DNA of 64,000 nt from Clostridia bacterium (GCA_017469565.1 JAFUGC010000003.1:13656-77655), one strand, 5' to 3'; positions 18,225-27,983 are shown, numbered from the stretch's first letter. Notes: a model not told the origin generated them from the letters alone. Numbers and translations: made by a program.

Positions 18225-19007
18225 ATGATAAGCTCCAAGTTCATGACTATTTCAACCCCTAATGTTATTCCTGGAATGATGGTGGAGGAGAAGCTGGAGG
18301 AAGCAATTGATAATGTTGCTGACTTTATCGTGAATTTGCCGGCGGAGATGAAAAAGGCGCAGAAGCATCAGCGTATTGTGCGTATGCGGCAGAAGCGCCG
18401 TGACTGTAAGCACAAGCGGGAAACGCTGAAGGCACAGCGCTTGAATCACGAGGTCAAGATGTTCCTCTCCGGAAAGCTGGAGGGAATTTCTAACCGTGAG
18501 GGAAAGCGCATGCGTATGGCTCTGATGGAGCAGAATGCGGTGCTGAACTTCATCGAGGAGGACCTGGATGATGATGCGGGTTTTTTCGATGAGAACCGCA
18601 TGGACTACATCGAATACATGAACAAGCTCGAGGATGAGGCGAGCAACAATCGGGATTACGAAAGCGACTTTGCCTACTATGATTGCATGGACGATTACGA
18701 CGATTACTGGGATTACTGGGACGATTACAGGGATTTCACTTCTGATGAGGAAGAAGAAATGGATCCTGAGCGCATTGCGGAAGAGATCGAACAGGCGTAT
18801 ATGGAATATGATTCCTGGAATCAAAGCTGGGAATGGTATCGGAACGCCTTGGTCGAAGCCCTCTATTATGCAAGGCTGGACCAGCAGAAGAAGTGGGAAG
18901 AGTCTCTTTGGAGAGCGGAGGCACTCTGCTATTTTAACTCTCCTAAGAGCAGTCAGGAGGAGCATGAACGCATGGTAGCTACCATGCGTGAGGTAGCTAC
19001 CTACTAA
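18225..19007 (+). CDS. Hypothetical highly acidic protein with a DDYDDYWDYWDDYRDF motif
   Basis: 260 aa; RBS AGGGAGA; elevated GC relative to neighbours. The fully overlapping antisense ORF 18252-19109 runs into ssrA and is rejected. Confidence 0.5.
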   Translation: MISSKFMTISTPNVIPGMMVEEKLEEAIDNVADFIVNLPAEMKKAQKHQRIVRMRQKRRDCKHKRETLKAQRLNHEVKMFLSGKLEGISNREGKRMRMALMEQNAVLNFIEEDLDDDAGFFDENRMDYIEYMNKLEDEASNNRDYESDFAYYDCMDDYDDYWDYWDDYRDFTSDEEEEMDPERIAEEIEQAYMEYDSWNQSWEWYRNALVEALYYARLDQQKKWEESLWRAEALCYFNSPKSSQEEHERMVATMREVATY

Positions 19008-19024
19008 GTAACTACAAAAAAAGG

Positions 19025-19062
19025 AAAACCCAATGTGCTTTAAGCACACTGGGTTTTCTTTT
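19025..19062. terminator. Bidirectional terminator between the acidic-protein gene and ssrA
   Basis: aaaacccaatgtgct-ttaa-gcacactgggtttt followed by CTTTTTT. Confidence 0.6.
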
Positions 19063-19064
19063 TT

Positions 19065-19407
19065 GGTGGAAATGAGGAGAATCGAACTCCTGTCCGAAAA
19101 TTCTTCCATATCAACTTCTCCGAGTGCAGTTTATCTTTTAAAATTCCCATATTTGAAACGCCGATAAACAGGCTTTTCAAAACAGTAACTTGATAAATAC
19201 CCACTATCTCAAAGTTTTGATAGTTTTGTTTCCACTTTTAGATGACGCTTGCACCCAACGAAAGTGGCACATCAGGGCAAACGAAGCCGCAACTAGGCAG
19301 CTAAAGCAACTTTATTGTTGTTAATTATTTTTATTCTCACATTTTTTAGATGGCCAAGTGAGAATCCATCACTCGCTATTGATACTTCTAAATATCCGTC
19401 GAAACCA
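19065..19407 (-). ncRNA. ssrA: Transfer-messenger RNA (tmRNA)
   Basis: On the minus strand the 5' end is GGGGATGTAATGGTTTCGACGG. The 3' tRNA-like end is GGAGTTCGATTCTCCTCATTTCCACCA (T-loop + CCA) with a G-U third base pair in the acceptor stem. An internal tag reading frame ends ...NNNKVALAA-stop (plus strand 19297-19335). Confidence 0.8.
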
Positions 19408-19488
19408 TTACATCCCCGTATATTCAATTGTTATTATAGCAGATTATTGAAGAGATTGCAAATTTTTTAAGCGAGAAAGGGTGACAAA

Positions 19489-19563
19489 TAGGGACCACCA
19501 TTTTTGTGCGGCTTTATGAAAAATTTGTGAACGAAAAGCGAACAAAAATGGTTGTCCCTATTT
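19489..19563. repeat. Inverted-repeat element AATAGGGACCACCATTTTTGT ... ACAAAAATGGTTGTCCCTATT
   Basis: ~21-bp arms flanking ~33 bp. The right arm overlaps the -35 of a TTGTCC-17-TATAAT promoter for the 3D-domain gene. Confidence 0.5.
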
Positions 19564-19615
19564 GTACGGTATGATATAATCTGAATATACATGAAAAATT
19601 TTGGAGGATAGTTTT

Positions 19616-20341
19616 ATGAGTGTTGATAAAGCGATACAAATTAGAAGCATTTTATCGCGAAAAAAGGATAAGATAAAGAGCCAAAAAAAGTTTAGAAGTG
19701 TATGTTTTGCAGCAACGCTTGCACTTTGTTGCGCAGTTTATGTGCTTTCTTATGCCAATGATACTGTCACAACTTATAATGAAAAAAATGAAGTTTTATC
19801 CAATGATCAACAAGAGGTAGAAATGGCAAAACAGCAAATTGAGGAGGAAAAGCTACAGATTGTGGAACAACAAGAAGAGCTTGCACTTACAGCTGAAATG
19901 CTTGCAAAGAATAACCAGAGCATCATTGAGGAAAATATGCGTCTACAAGATACCTTAAAAATTGCGGCGAGTGTTGGTATTACCCCGCAAAATTATAATG
20001 ATGCAGACCCGGCAGATACTGCTATTGATTACACTAAGTTAGAATATATTGGTGAGTTTGAAGGAACGGCGTATACACCAAGTCCGGAGGAGTGTAGTAA
20101 TAGTTTAGGATATACGGCATCGGGAAAGCCAATTGTAGCAGGCGTTTCTATTGCGGTTGATACTTCATACTGGAAATTAGGAACGGAGTTTTATATTGAG
20201 GGTTTAGGATATGTGGTGGCCATGGATACGGGAAGTGCGGTAAAAGGCAAGTACAGGTTTGATTATGCTGTTTTTGATAGATCGTTTGCATTAAAATTAG
20301 GAAGAAGGAATTGGAAGGTATATAAGGTAATTAGTGAGTGA
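19616..20341 (+). CDS. 3D-domain (MltA/YocH-like) cell-wall protein with N-terminal TM and coiled coil
   Basis: C-terminal YTASGKPIVAGVSIAVDTSYWKLGTEFYIEGLGYVVAMDTGSAVKG matches 3D-domain proteins. ATG 19616 is 8 nt after GGAGG. Confidence 0.7.
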   Translation: MSVDKAIQIRSILSRKKDKIKSQKKFRSVCFAATLALCCAVYVLSYANDTVTTYNEKNEVLSNDQQEVEMAKQQIEEEKLQIVEQQEELALTAEMLAKNNQSIIEENMRLQDTLKIAASVGITPQNYNDADPADTAIDYTKLEYIGEFEGTAYTPSPEECSNSLGYTASGKPIVAGVSIAVDTSYWKLGTEFYIEGLGYVVAMDTGSAVKGKYRFDYAVFDRSFALKLGRRNWKVYKVISE

Positions 20342-20361
20342 AACTTTTGTTCGCGAAACTG

Positions 20362-20390
20362 TTGACAAGAACACATATTTGTGATAACAT
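20362..20390 (+). promoter_or_regulatory. Putative lexA promoter TTGACA-17-TAACAT; the spacer contains AGAACACATATTTGT, a weak candidate LexA operator
   Basis: Sequence match only. No perfect GAAC-N4-GTTC Cheo box was seen. Confidence 0.35.
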
Positions 20391-20443
20391 CCACTTAGAA
20401 TTAGAAGGATTTTCCGTAAAACTCACATTCTAGGAGGTATCAT

Positions 20444-21076
20444 ATGAAGAAAAAAGGTGCTACAGATAAACAGCAAAAGGTTTTAGATTTTGTTAAAGAA
20501 TCCATGAAAAGAGATGGATATGCTCCATCTGTAAGAGAAATATGTAAGGCGTTAGATTTAAAATCAACTTCTACGGTTCATGGTTATCTTGTAAGGCTTG
20601 AAAAGAAGGGCTTAATTCAAAGGGCTGCATTAAAACCAAGAACTCTTAGAATTGTTGGTAGTCAGGATGCCGCAGATGAAAAAGGTTTTTATTCATCAAA
20701 AGAAATGGTAGATGTTCCAATTGTGGGAAAAGTAACAGCAGGTCTTCCTATTCTTGCTGTGGAAAATATAGAGGATTCCTTCCCATTGCCTGTAGATTTT
20801 GTTGGTAATTCCGAATCTTTCATGCTAAAGGTAAGAGGAGATAGTATGATTGATGCAGGTATTTTGGATGGAGATCTTGTGCTTGTAAAAAAACAAAATA
20901 CTGCTGAAAATGGTGATATTGTTGTTGCGTTAATTGAAGATGAGGCTACAGTGAAAAAGTTCTATAAAGAAAAGAATTTTATTAGATTGCAGCCACAGAA
21001 CCAGTTTATGCAGCCAATCATCGTACCAGATTGTACTATTCTTGGAAAAGTGGCAGGGGTATTTAGAAGATTATAA
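20444..21076 (+). CDS. lexA: LexA repressor
   Basis: N-terminal wHTH plus C-terminal S24 peptidase with the Ser (GDSMIDAGI) and Lys (LVLVKKQ) dyad; 210 aa. Confidence 0.9.
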   Translation: MKKKGATDKQQKVLDFVKESMKRDGYAPSVREICKALDLKSTSTVHGYLVRLEKKGLIQRAALKPRTLRIVGSQDAADEKGFYSSKEMVDVPIVGKVTAGLPILAVENIEDSFPLPVDFVGNSESFMLKVRGDSMIDAGILDGDLVLVKKQNTAENGDIVVALIEDEATVKKFYKEKNFIRLQPQNQFMQPIIVPDCTILGKVAGVFRRL

Positions 21077-21152
21077 TAGAACCATTGAGAATAAGCTAAT
21101 TCAATGTATAAAAAAGAAATCACTTCATAAAATATTCATGAGGTGATTTTTT

Positions 21153-21365
21153 ATGTCTGAAAATAAATCGGAAAAATCAAATATACCAAGCTATAGGAAA
21201 AATAAACTTGGTCTTGACAATAGTAATGTTAGAATTAAGGGCAGAGGGATTGTGGAAGATGATACAGAATACGGTGAATTTATTGCAACATTTGATGCCT
21301 GGCTAACGCCAGAAGAACAAAAAAGAAGAGCAAAATATCTAGAAAATTTAGGAAGAGAGGAATAA
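21153..21365 (+). CDS. Small hypothetical protein (70 aa), downstream of lexA
   Basis: RBS GAGGTGA lies 7 nt upstream of the ATG. Confidence 0.45.
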   Translation: MSENKSEKSNIPSYRKNKLGLDNSNVRIKGRGIVEDDTEYGEFIATFDAWLTPEEQKRRAKYLENLGREE

Positions 21366-21393
21366 AATTCGTAAAAAGACTTGTAAAAACTCG

Positions 21394-21415
21394 ATAATTA
21401 TGTTAACATAATTAT
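21394..21415. promoter_or_regulatory. 22-bp perfect palindrome ATAATTATGTTAACATAATTAT (candidate operator)
   Basis: Self-complementary; lies 34 nt upstream of the 21449 gene. Confidence 0.45.
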
Positions 21416-21448
21416 GTTGGCAATAATTCAATATAGACCGATGCCAGA

Positions 21449-22351
21449 ATGGCAGAAAGGAAAAAGAAAAAAATGAAAAGCAACGAGAACGTTCAGAAAG
21501 AACTGGAAATCCGGGAAGAAATGAACCAGGAGGATGCTGGATTTGTGGAAATTCAGCAGGAGTATCTGCAGGAAAAGTATGAGGAAGAAATGAGTCAAAA
21601 GGCTCAGACAGACGGCACGCAAGAAGGTCATGTGGTGGATGAGCCGCTGAATCCTGATGTTTCCGTGGAAACAGAACAGACCAAGTTTGAAAAAGAGGAT
21701 GAGGAACGGCCGGTTGATGTTAATGAGGTGTATGGATATGTTCCTCCTAGGAAGAGACGCCCTAGACCCTCTAGTACTTTAAAAAGGCATTGGAATGCCA
21801 AGGAGTTTGCATTTGGTATACTGGAAGGAACTCTCCTTGGTTTGTCCATCTTAGTGGTGTTTCTCACCACATACCTTACATGGCATGGTGGCATGTCCAA
21901 ATGGAACTATGAAGTTGAAAATCTGTGTGAGAAGATGGCCATGGGTACTTGGGTGAATGGTCTCAATCTTATCGATGGCTATGATTCTCTAGAGTTTACC
22001 ACGTCTGATAGACAGACACTGGATACTATAGTCACTTATGGCATTCAGAAGAATGTGACTGCTGGCGAGGAATCTGATTTGAAACTGAGGATGAAAATCG
22101 GAAGTATTCAGATGGACTATGATTCTAAAAATCCTAATGTGTTCAAATTCGTAAATCACGATGAAATATATTTCAAAAATATGAAGGTTACGTTTGATGG
22201 ACTTTCGTATAAGGTGTCATACGGGGTGGAAATCATCACACTGACGCTGATGACGGTTGTGGTTTTACTAGCAGGGTTAATCATATATTATCTGTTTTAT
22301 CTGTTGGTCAAAAAACTTCTGTATGGATACAAGAAGGAGGATTTTCGTTGA
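21449..22351 (+). CDS. Hypothetical membrane protein (acidic N-terminal half, two TM segments)
   Basis: 300 aa. TM segments are FAFGILEGTLLGLSILVVFLTTYL and IITLTLMTVVVLLAGLIIYYLFYLLV. Start is ambiguous (21449 or 21473). Confidence 0.45.
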   Translation: MAERKKKKMKSNENVQKELEIREEMNQEDAGFVEIQQEYLQEKYEEEMSQKAQTDGTQEGHVVDEPLNPDVSVETEQTKFEKEDEERPVDVNEVYGYVPPRKRRPRPSSTLKRHWNAKEFAFGILEGTLLGLSILVVFLTTYLTWHGGMSKWNYEVENLCEKMAMGTWVNGLNLIDGYDSLEFTTSDRQTLDTIVTYGIQKNVTAGEESDLKLRMKIGSIQMDYDSKNPNVFKFVNHDEIYFKNMKVTFDGLSYKVSYGVEIITLTLMTVVVLLAGLIIYYLFYLLVKKLLYGYKKEDFR

Positions 22352-22569
22352 ATATAAGAAGAACAGTAACTTGTCCTCATTGCGGAGAATATCTTGCGAC
22401 GATTTCCGAGATAAGCGTAGGATCATTTATGGATGTTTGTATCCCGGAAACTCGGAAAATTGCCGAGTGGTCTAATGAGGCAAAAGTAATCCATACCTCT
22501 GAGCCGGATGTAGTGGAGATTATCTGCGGGACGTGCGGATACGGATGCAAAGTGGATTATAGAGACTAA
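22348..22569 (+). CDS. Small Cys4 zinc-ribbon protein
   Basis: 73 aa with CPHCG...CGTCGYGC. TTG start is 7 nt after GGAGG and overlaps the upstream stop. Confidence 0.45.
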   Translation: MNIRRTVTCPHCGEYLATISEISVGSFMDVCIPETRKIAEWSNEAKVIHTSEPDVVEIICGTCGYGCKVDYRD

Positions 22570-22632
22570 TTTTTAATCGGGTTGGGAATTTTTCCTGACC
22601 TGATTTTTTTGTCTTAACTTTCAAAAAAAATA

Positions 22633-22660
22633 TTGACAAGTAAAAATAAGGTGCTATAAT
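22633..22660 (+). promoter_or_regulatory. ctsR operon promoter TTGACA-16-TATAAT
   Basis: Consensus hexamers immediately upstream of the CtsR box. Confidence 0.55.
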
Positions 22661-22670
22661 ACTACTTGAA

Positions 22671-22689
22671 AGGTCAAAGAAAGTCAAAG
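22671..22689 (+). promoter_or_regulatory. CtsR operator (heptad direct repeat AGGTCAAAGAAAGTCAAAG)
   Basis: Matches the CtsR box consensus (A/G)GTCAAA-N-A-N-(A/G)GTCAAA. The location downstream of the -10 gives classic autoregulation. Confidence 0.75.
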
Positions 22690-22716
22690 TTAAATTTAAA
22701 TCGAGGTGATTGGAAA

Positions 22717-23169
22717 ATGAGACTATCAGAATTAATTGAAGAATATATCAAAAGTATGATGGCAGATAGTGATGAGTTTGTAGAGTTTGGAAGAAATGAA
22801 TTGGCAGAATATTTTCACTGTGTACCATCGCAAATCAATTATGTCATTAGCACACGTTTTAGTCCTGAAAGAGGCTATTATGTAGAAAGCAGAAGGGGTG
22901 GTGGCGGAAACGTCAAAATCAAAAGAATTGATATCACAAAGGATACTTATATTATGCACCTTGTCAATTCTTTAGATAAGAGTTTATCTCAGCAAGAAGC
23001 GGAAATAATGATTCATAATATGATTGATTATCAGGTGATTGATGAGAAGACGGGAAAGCTTTTGAAAGTGGCAACCAATGATAAGGTGCTAGGGCTGCCA
23101 AAGGAATATAGGGATGATGTGAGAACAAGAATTTTTAAGAATATGATTATTAATTTAATCAGTGAGTGA
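22717..23169 (+). CDS. ctsR: Class III stress-gene repressor CtsR
   Basis: MRLSELIEEYIK...SRRGGGGNVKI glycine-rich loop motif; RBS GAGGTGAT. Confidence 0.85.
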   Translation: MRLSELIEEYIKSMMADSDEFVEFGRNELAEYFHCVPSQINYVISTRFSPERGYYVESRRGGGGNVKIKRIDITKDTYIMHLVNSLDKSLSQQEAEIMIHNMIDYQVIDEKTGKLLKVATNDKVLGLPKEYRDDVRTRIFKNMIINLISE

Positions 23170-23204
23170 GGAATGGGCCTGTGCCTAAAAAGGAGGTAAT
23201 TTTT

Positions 23205-23780
23205 ATGAAATGTCAAAATTGTGGAGAAAATGAAGCAAATGTAAGATATACACAGATTATTAATGGAAAAAAAGAGGAAATTTTTGTTTGTGATAAGTGT
23301 GCCAGTCAGTTAAAGTTGGATATGAATTTTAAGTTTGGATTTGATGATGTCTTTTCATCATTTTTTGGTGAGCCAGCCTTTTTTAAACCTCTTGAAATTT
23401 CTGATGGTTTAGTGTGTGATGTGTGTGGCACCAAGTATGATGACTTTGCAAGTACTGGAATGTTAGGATGTGAAAATTGTTATCGTGTTTTTAGCAGGAG
23501 GCTTGATAACGTCTTGAAGAAACTTCATGGTAATAATAGACATATTGAGGAGGGAGAAAGACAAGTTCCAATGTCATCAGAAATCAGTGCTTCGAAAGAA
23601 AAGAAAAAGAGTTTAGAAGAGGTGATTGCGGAGTTAAAAGAAAAACTAGCAAGTTGTATCAAGAGTGAAGATTATGAGCAGGCCGCGATTATCCGTGACA
23701 AGATAAAAAAATTGGAGAAAAAGTTAAATGATAAAAAATTCAATACCAAAAAATTGGAAGATAGAGAAAGAGGTGAGTGA
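23205..23780 (+). CDS. mcsA: Protein-arginine kinase activator McsA (zinc fingers + UVR domain)
   Basis: CQNCGENEA/CDKC, CDVCG/CENC zinc motifs and UVR motif EDYEQAAIIRDKIKKLE; RBS AAAAAGGAGG. Confidence 0.85.
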   Translation: MKCQNCGENEANVRYTQIINGKKEEIFVCDKCASQLKLDMNFKFGFDDVFSSFFGEPAFFKPLEISDGLVCDVCGTKYDDFASTGMLGCENCYRVFSRRLDNVLKKLHGNNRHIEEGERQVPMSSEISASKEKKKSLEEVIAELKEKLASCIKSEDYEQAAIIRDKIKKLEKKLNDKKFNTKKLEDRERGE

Positions 23781-23782
23781 TC

Positions 23783-24784
23783 ATGAGTTGGTATTTGGAA
23801 AATGGGCCTGAATCAGATGTTGTAGTGAGTACTAGGGTAAGGCTTGCAAGAAATATTGTGGGTCACAAGTTTGTACCAAAGGCAAATGGGAAAGAGTTAG
23901 AAGAAGTAATGAATTTATTCAAGGAGAATAAAATAATTCCTGAACTTAGATTTGTAAGGCTTTGTGAATTGGATGAATTGATGCAAAATAGTTTGGTGGA
24001 GAAACATATCATTAGTAGAGATATTTTAAATGAGGAAAATGCAGCACTCTTACTCAATAATGATGAAGATGTTTGTGTGATGATTAATGAAGAGGATCAT
24101 GTTCGTATTCAAGCAATGAAGCCGGGATTGGATTTAAATGGTGCTTTAAAAATGGCCAAAGAAATTGATAGCAAGATTGCAAGCAAAGTGGAATATGCTT
24201 ATAGTGATATTTATGGATATTTGACAGCATGCCCAACCAATGTTGGTACTGGTCTTAGGGCTTCGGTTATGCTTCATTTGCCTGCACTTAGGATTACGGG
24301 TAGACTTGGCAAGATTATGGATGTGATTAGCAAGGTAAACCTAAATGTTCGTGGTGTTTATGGTGAGGGCACAGAAGCAATCGGAGATATGTATCAGGTT
24401 TCTAATAAGGCAAGTTTAGGAATGACAAATGAGGAAATAATTGTTAATGTAAAAGCAATTTCAAAGAAAATTATTGAACAAGAGAGAAAGGCTCGTGAAT
24501 ATTTAAAAGACAGAGGAATTGATTTTGAAGATAAGGTTTATCGTGATTATGGGATATTGACATCGGCAAGAAAGATTTCTTCCGATGAATGTGCTAAATT
24601 GATTTCCATTGTAAAACTTGGTGTGGATATGGGAATTATTAAAGAAATTGATTCTAAAAAAGTGAACGAAATATCAATCATGACAAAGCCTGCCACATTG
24701 CAAAAGTGCTATAAGGAGGCATTGGAACCAAATGAGAGAGATGTGAAAAGGGCAGAGTTAATTAAGAATATTATGAAAGAGTGA
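23783..24784 (+). CDS. mcsB: Protein arginine kinase McsB
   Basis: Phosphagen-kinase-like catalytic domain; conserved operon position. Confidence 0.9.
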   Translation: MSWYLENGPESDVVVSTRVRLARNIVGHKFVPKANGKELEEVMNLFKENKIIPELRFVRLCELDELMQNSLVEKHIISRDILNEENAALLLNNDEDVCVMINEEDHVRIQAMKPGLDLNGALKMAKEIDSKIASKVEYAYSDIYGYLTACPTNVGTGLRASVMLHLPALRITGRLGKIMDVISKVNLNVRGVYGEGTEAIGDMYQVSNKASLGMTNEEIIVNVKAISKKIIEQERKAREYLKDRGIDFEDKVYRDYGILTSARKISSDECAKLISIVKLGVDMGIIKEIDSKKVNEISIMTKPATLQKCYKEALEPNERDVKRAELIKNIMKE

Positions 24785-24798
24785 GAAAGGAGAATTTT

Positions 24799-27228
24799 AT
24801 GGCAATGATGTATAAGTTTACAAATAGGGCGGAAAAAGCAATTGCGCTTGCCCAAGAGGCTGCAGCGGAACTTGGACATAATTATGTGGGGACAGAGCAT
24901 TTGCTTTGTGGCTTGCTTCGTGAGGGAAGTGGTCTGGCATACAGAGTGCTTACAGACCAAGGAATTACGGACGAGAAAGTAATGAATTTAATTGAAGAGT
25001 TAATTGGAAGAAATGATTCTTTGACAGAGATGCCAACCGGTTTTACACCAAGAACAAAGCGTGTTTTTGAGATTAGCTTTATGGAAGCGAAAAAAATTAA
25101 TAATAATTATATTGGAACGGAGCACTTGTTACTTGGCATTATGAAGGAGGGTGATAGTGTTGCGTCAAGGATTATTCTGGAATTAGGGGTGGATATTCAG
25201 AAATTATTTTCTGACTTAGTAAAAACATTAAATGATGAAAATAGTGGAGGGGCCACCACATCGCATAAGAAACAATCATATCATCAAACGCCAACCTTAA
25301 ATCAGTTTGGTAAGGATTTGACTTCTGATGCTACTTCTGGAAAGCTTGACCCTATTATCGGAAGAGATGATGAAATTGAAAGAATCATTCAGATTTTGAG
25401 TAGAAGAACCAAAAATAATCCATGTTTAATTGGTGAGCCGGGTGTTGGTAAAACAGCAGTGGTAGAAGGACTTGCAGAGAGAATTGTGGAGGGAAATGTT
25501 CCAGAAAATCTAAGGAATAAAAGGGTAGTAACACTGGATGTTTCTAGCATGGTGGCAGGAGCAAAATATCGAGGTGATTTTGAGGAAAGGCTTAAGAAGT
25601 GTTTGCAAGAAATTAAAAAGAGTGGAAATGTGGTTTTGTTTATTGATGAAATTCATACCATTGTTGGTGCCGGTGCAGCAGAAGGTGCCATAGATGCTGC
25701 AAACATTTTAAAACCACTTCTTGCAAGGGCAGAGATTCAAGTAATTGGTGCTACTACATTAAATGAGTATCGAAAATATATTGAGAAAGATGCGGCACTA
25801 GAAAGAAGGTTTCAACCAGTGATTGTGGGTGAGCCAACTACAGAGGAAACAGTTCAAATTTTGAGAGGAATCAGAGATAAATATGAGGCACATCATAAAG
25901 TAAAAATCACAGATGAGGCGATTAAGGCGGCTGTGGATTTATCGTCTAGATATATTAATGATAGGTATTTGCCAGATAAGGCGATTGATATCATGGATGA
26001 GGCAGCATCTAGGGTGAAACTTGCATCGCTTACGGCTCCTAAAGAAGTCAAGAAGATGGAGGAGAAAATTGAGGAAACGGTGAAAGAAAAAGAGGATGCC
26101 ATTAATACGCAAGATTTTGAGAAAGCCGCAAAATTAAGGGATAGAGAACAAAAGGAAAGAGCAAAACTGGAAAAAATGAAGGTGGAATGGGAACAGAAAA
26201 ATCAAATTGCTACAACAGAGGTGTCAGAAAATGAGATTGCTGAAGTAGTTGCAAAATGGACGGGAATCCCAGTGAGTAAAATATCTGAGGCAGAAACAAC
26301 AAGACTTAAGAATTTGGAGCAAGAACTTCATAAGAGGGTAATTGGTCAAGATGATGCCATTGTCGCAGTGAGTAAGGCTGTAAGAAGAGGAAGAGTGGGA
26401 CTTAAGGATCCTAAAAGACCAATTGGTTCCTTTATTTTCTTAGGCCCTACAGGTGTTGGAAAGACAGAGACCTGTAAAGCACTTGCAGAATGTTTATTTG
26501 GTGATGAAAATGCGATGATTCGAATCGACATGTCTGAATACATGGAGAAACATACCGTGGCAAAACTGATTGGCTCACCTCCAGGATATGTTGGTTATGA
26601 AGAGGGCGGCCAATTGACAGAAAAAGTGAGAAGAAAACCTTATTCTGTAATTTTATTTGATGAGATTGAGAAAGCGCATCCGGATGTATTTAATATATTA
26701 CTTCAAATATTGGAGGATGGTAGACTAACAGATTCTCAGGGGAGAACGGTAGATTTTAAAAATACGGTTATCATCATGACATCGAATGTGGGAGCAAGAA
26801 ATATCACAGATCATAAGGCAATTGGATTTAATAGTGCAGAAGAAAAGAAGAAAAACTATGAACAAATTAAGAGCGATGTGATGAGTGAACTTAAGAAGGA
26901 ATTTAGACCAGAGTTCTTGAATAGAGTGGATGAGATGATTGTATTTAAACAACTAGATGAAACTGAAATTGAAAAGATCGTGGACATTATGGTTAAGAAT
27001 TCTATTGCAAGACTTCAGGATAGAGAGATTAAAGTGTCTGTTACAAATTCTATGAAGAAACATATTGCGAAAAAAGGATTTGACCCGTTATATGGTGCGC
27101 GTCCGCTAAGAAGGGCAATCCAATCTTTGGTGGAGGATAAGCTGGCAGAAGGTATCTTGGATGGAAAGATTAAAGATGGAGAGAGTGTAACGTTGGATTT
27201 TGCAAAAGATGAGGTTGTGATTAAGTAA
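24799..27228 (+). CDS. clpC: ATP-dependent Clp protease ATP-binding subunit ClpC
   Basis: Clp N-repeats, two AAA+ modules (GEPGVGKT, GPTGVGKT), UVR linker; RBS AAAGGAG. Confidence 0.9.
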   Translation: MAMMYKFTNRAEKAIALAQEAAAELGHNYVGTEHLLCGLLREGSGLAYRVLTDQGITDEKVMNLIEELIGRNDSLTEMPTGFTPRTKRVFEISFMEAKKINNNYIGTEHLLLGIMKEGDSVASRIILELGVDIQKLFSDLVKTLNDENSGGATTSHKKQSYHQTPTLNQFGKDLTSDATSGKLDPIIGRDDEIERIIQILSRRTKNNPCLIGEPGVGKTAVVEGLAERIVEGNVPENLRNKRVVTLDVSSMVAGAKYRGDFEERLKKCLQEIKKSGNVVLFIDEIHTIVGAGAAEGAIDAANILKPLLARAEIQVIGATTLNEYRKYIEKDAALERRFQPVIVGEPTTEETVQILRGIRDKYEAHHKVKITDEAIKAAVDLSSRYINDRYLPDKAIDIMDEAASRVKLASLTAPKEVKKMEEKIEETVKEKEDAINTQDFEKAAKLRDREQKERAKLEKMKVEWEQKNQIATTEVSENEIAEVVAKWTGIPVSKISEAETTRLKNLEQELHKRVIGQDDAIVAVSKAVRRGRVGLKDPKRPIGSFIFLGPTGVGKTETCKALAECLFGDENAMIRIDMSEYMEKHTVAKLIGSPPGYVGYEEGGQLTEKVRRKPYSVILFDEIEKAHPDVFNILLQILEDGRLTDSQGRTVDFKNTVIIMTSNVGARNITDHKAIGFNSAEEKKKNYEQIKSDVMSELKKEFRPEFLNRVDEMIVFKQLDETEIEKIVDIMVKNSIARLQDREIKVSVTNSMKKHIAKKGFDPLYGARPLRRAIQSLVEDKLAEGILDGKIKDGESVTLDFAKDEVVIK

Positions 27229-27349
27229 TTTGATACTTCTTTTCGACCTTGTAATAAAATGGTAATGAATTTGTAACAAAAATGTAATTGTATTATGTAG
27301 TTGTAAGTTATAAAATTGAATAGTACAAAGGATAAGAGGGGGTGTTTGC

Positions 27350-27958
27350 GTGATCACCGAAAAGAATAAAGAAAATATCATAAAAGGATTAGAGGCTGAG
27401 CTTGAAAATGGCACATTTTATCAAGTGAATCAGTGGGATGTGCTTGCAAACACTGACACGGATTTTTATCATGATGTTTTTGATTTATCTACATCAAAAA
27501 GTTATGCTACCCCTGAGTTTAAGGGTGTTGGGCTGTTTAGACCGCTTGTAAGTAATGAGTTTAATCCTTTAAATAGCACGGTTTATAATTATAAGGCAAG
27601 CTATGAGGCACCGGTACATGGAATGGCGTTTACTGGTAAGAATGGAGAGTATGTGGAGTCACATTATCTTTCCGGATTGAATTTAGGAGCAAGCATCACC
27701 AATGAGTTTGGTACAGTTACAGTGGAAGCGCCGGTTACTCATATAGATATGAAAATTAATAATATGGGTACGGATGATAATGTTCAAGTAAATATGGCTG
27801 ATATTCTACCAAATACCCAAACTGCTAATGTGATAGATTTTGCATCGGTTCCACAAGAACTTGCACTTGCCAAAAGAAATCATTGGAAAGATATTCTATT
27901 TATGGATGTGGATATTATAGGCAGTGTAAAGAAACTTTGGAAAAATATTTCTGTATAG
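27350..27958 (+). CDS. Hypothetical protein (202 aa)
   Basis: GTG start after AGAGGGGG; no recognisable domain. Confidence 0.45.
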   Translation: MITEKNKENIIKGLEAELENGTFYQVNQWDVLANTDTDFYHDVFDLSTSKSYATPEFKGVGLFRPLVSNEFNPLNSTVYNYKASYEAPVHGMAFTGKNGEYVESHYLSGLNLGASITNEFGTVTVEAPVTHIDMKINNMGTDDNVQVNMADILPNTQTANVIDFASVPQELALAKRNHWKDILFMDVDIIGSVKKLWKNISV

Positions 27959-27983
27959 AATTGAGGAATATTAAAAAATAACT

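Noticed and set aside
18252-19109. 285-aa ORF on the minus strand, fully antisense to the acidic-protein gene
   Set aside because: It runs through the terminator and into the 3' end of ssrA (19065+) and has no RBS. The plus-strand gene has an RBS and a terminator. The long antisense frame is a by-product of locally elevated GC.
21153-21365. Small protein after lexA as a YneA/YnzC-type SOS cell-division inhibitor
   Set aside because: There is no LysM or TM segment (YneA-like) and only vague resemblance to DUF896. Left as hypothetical.
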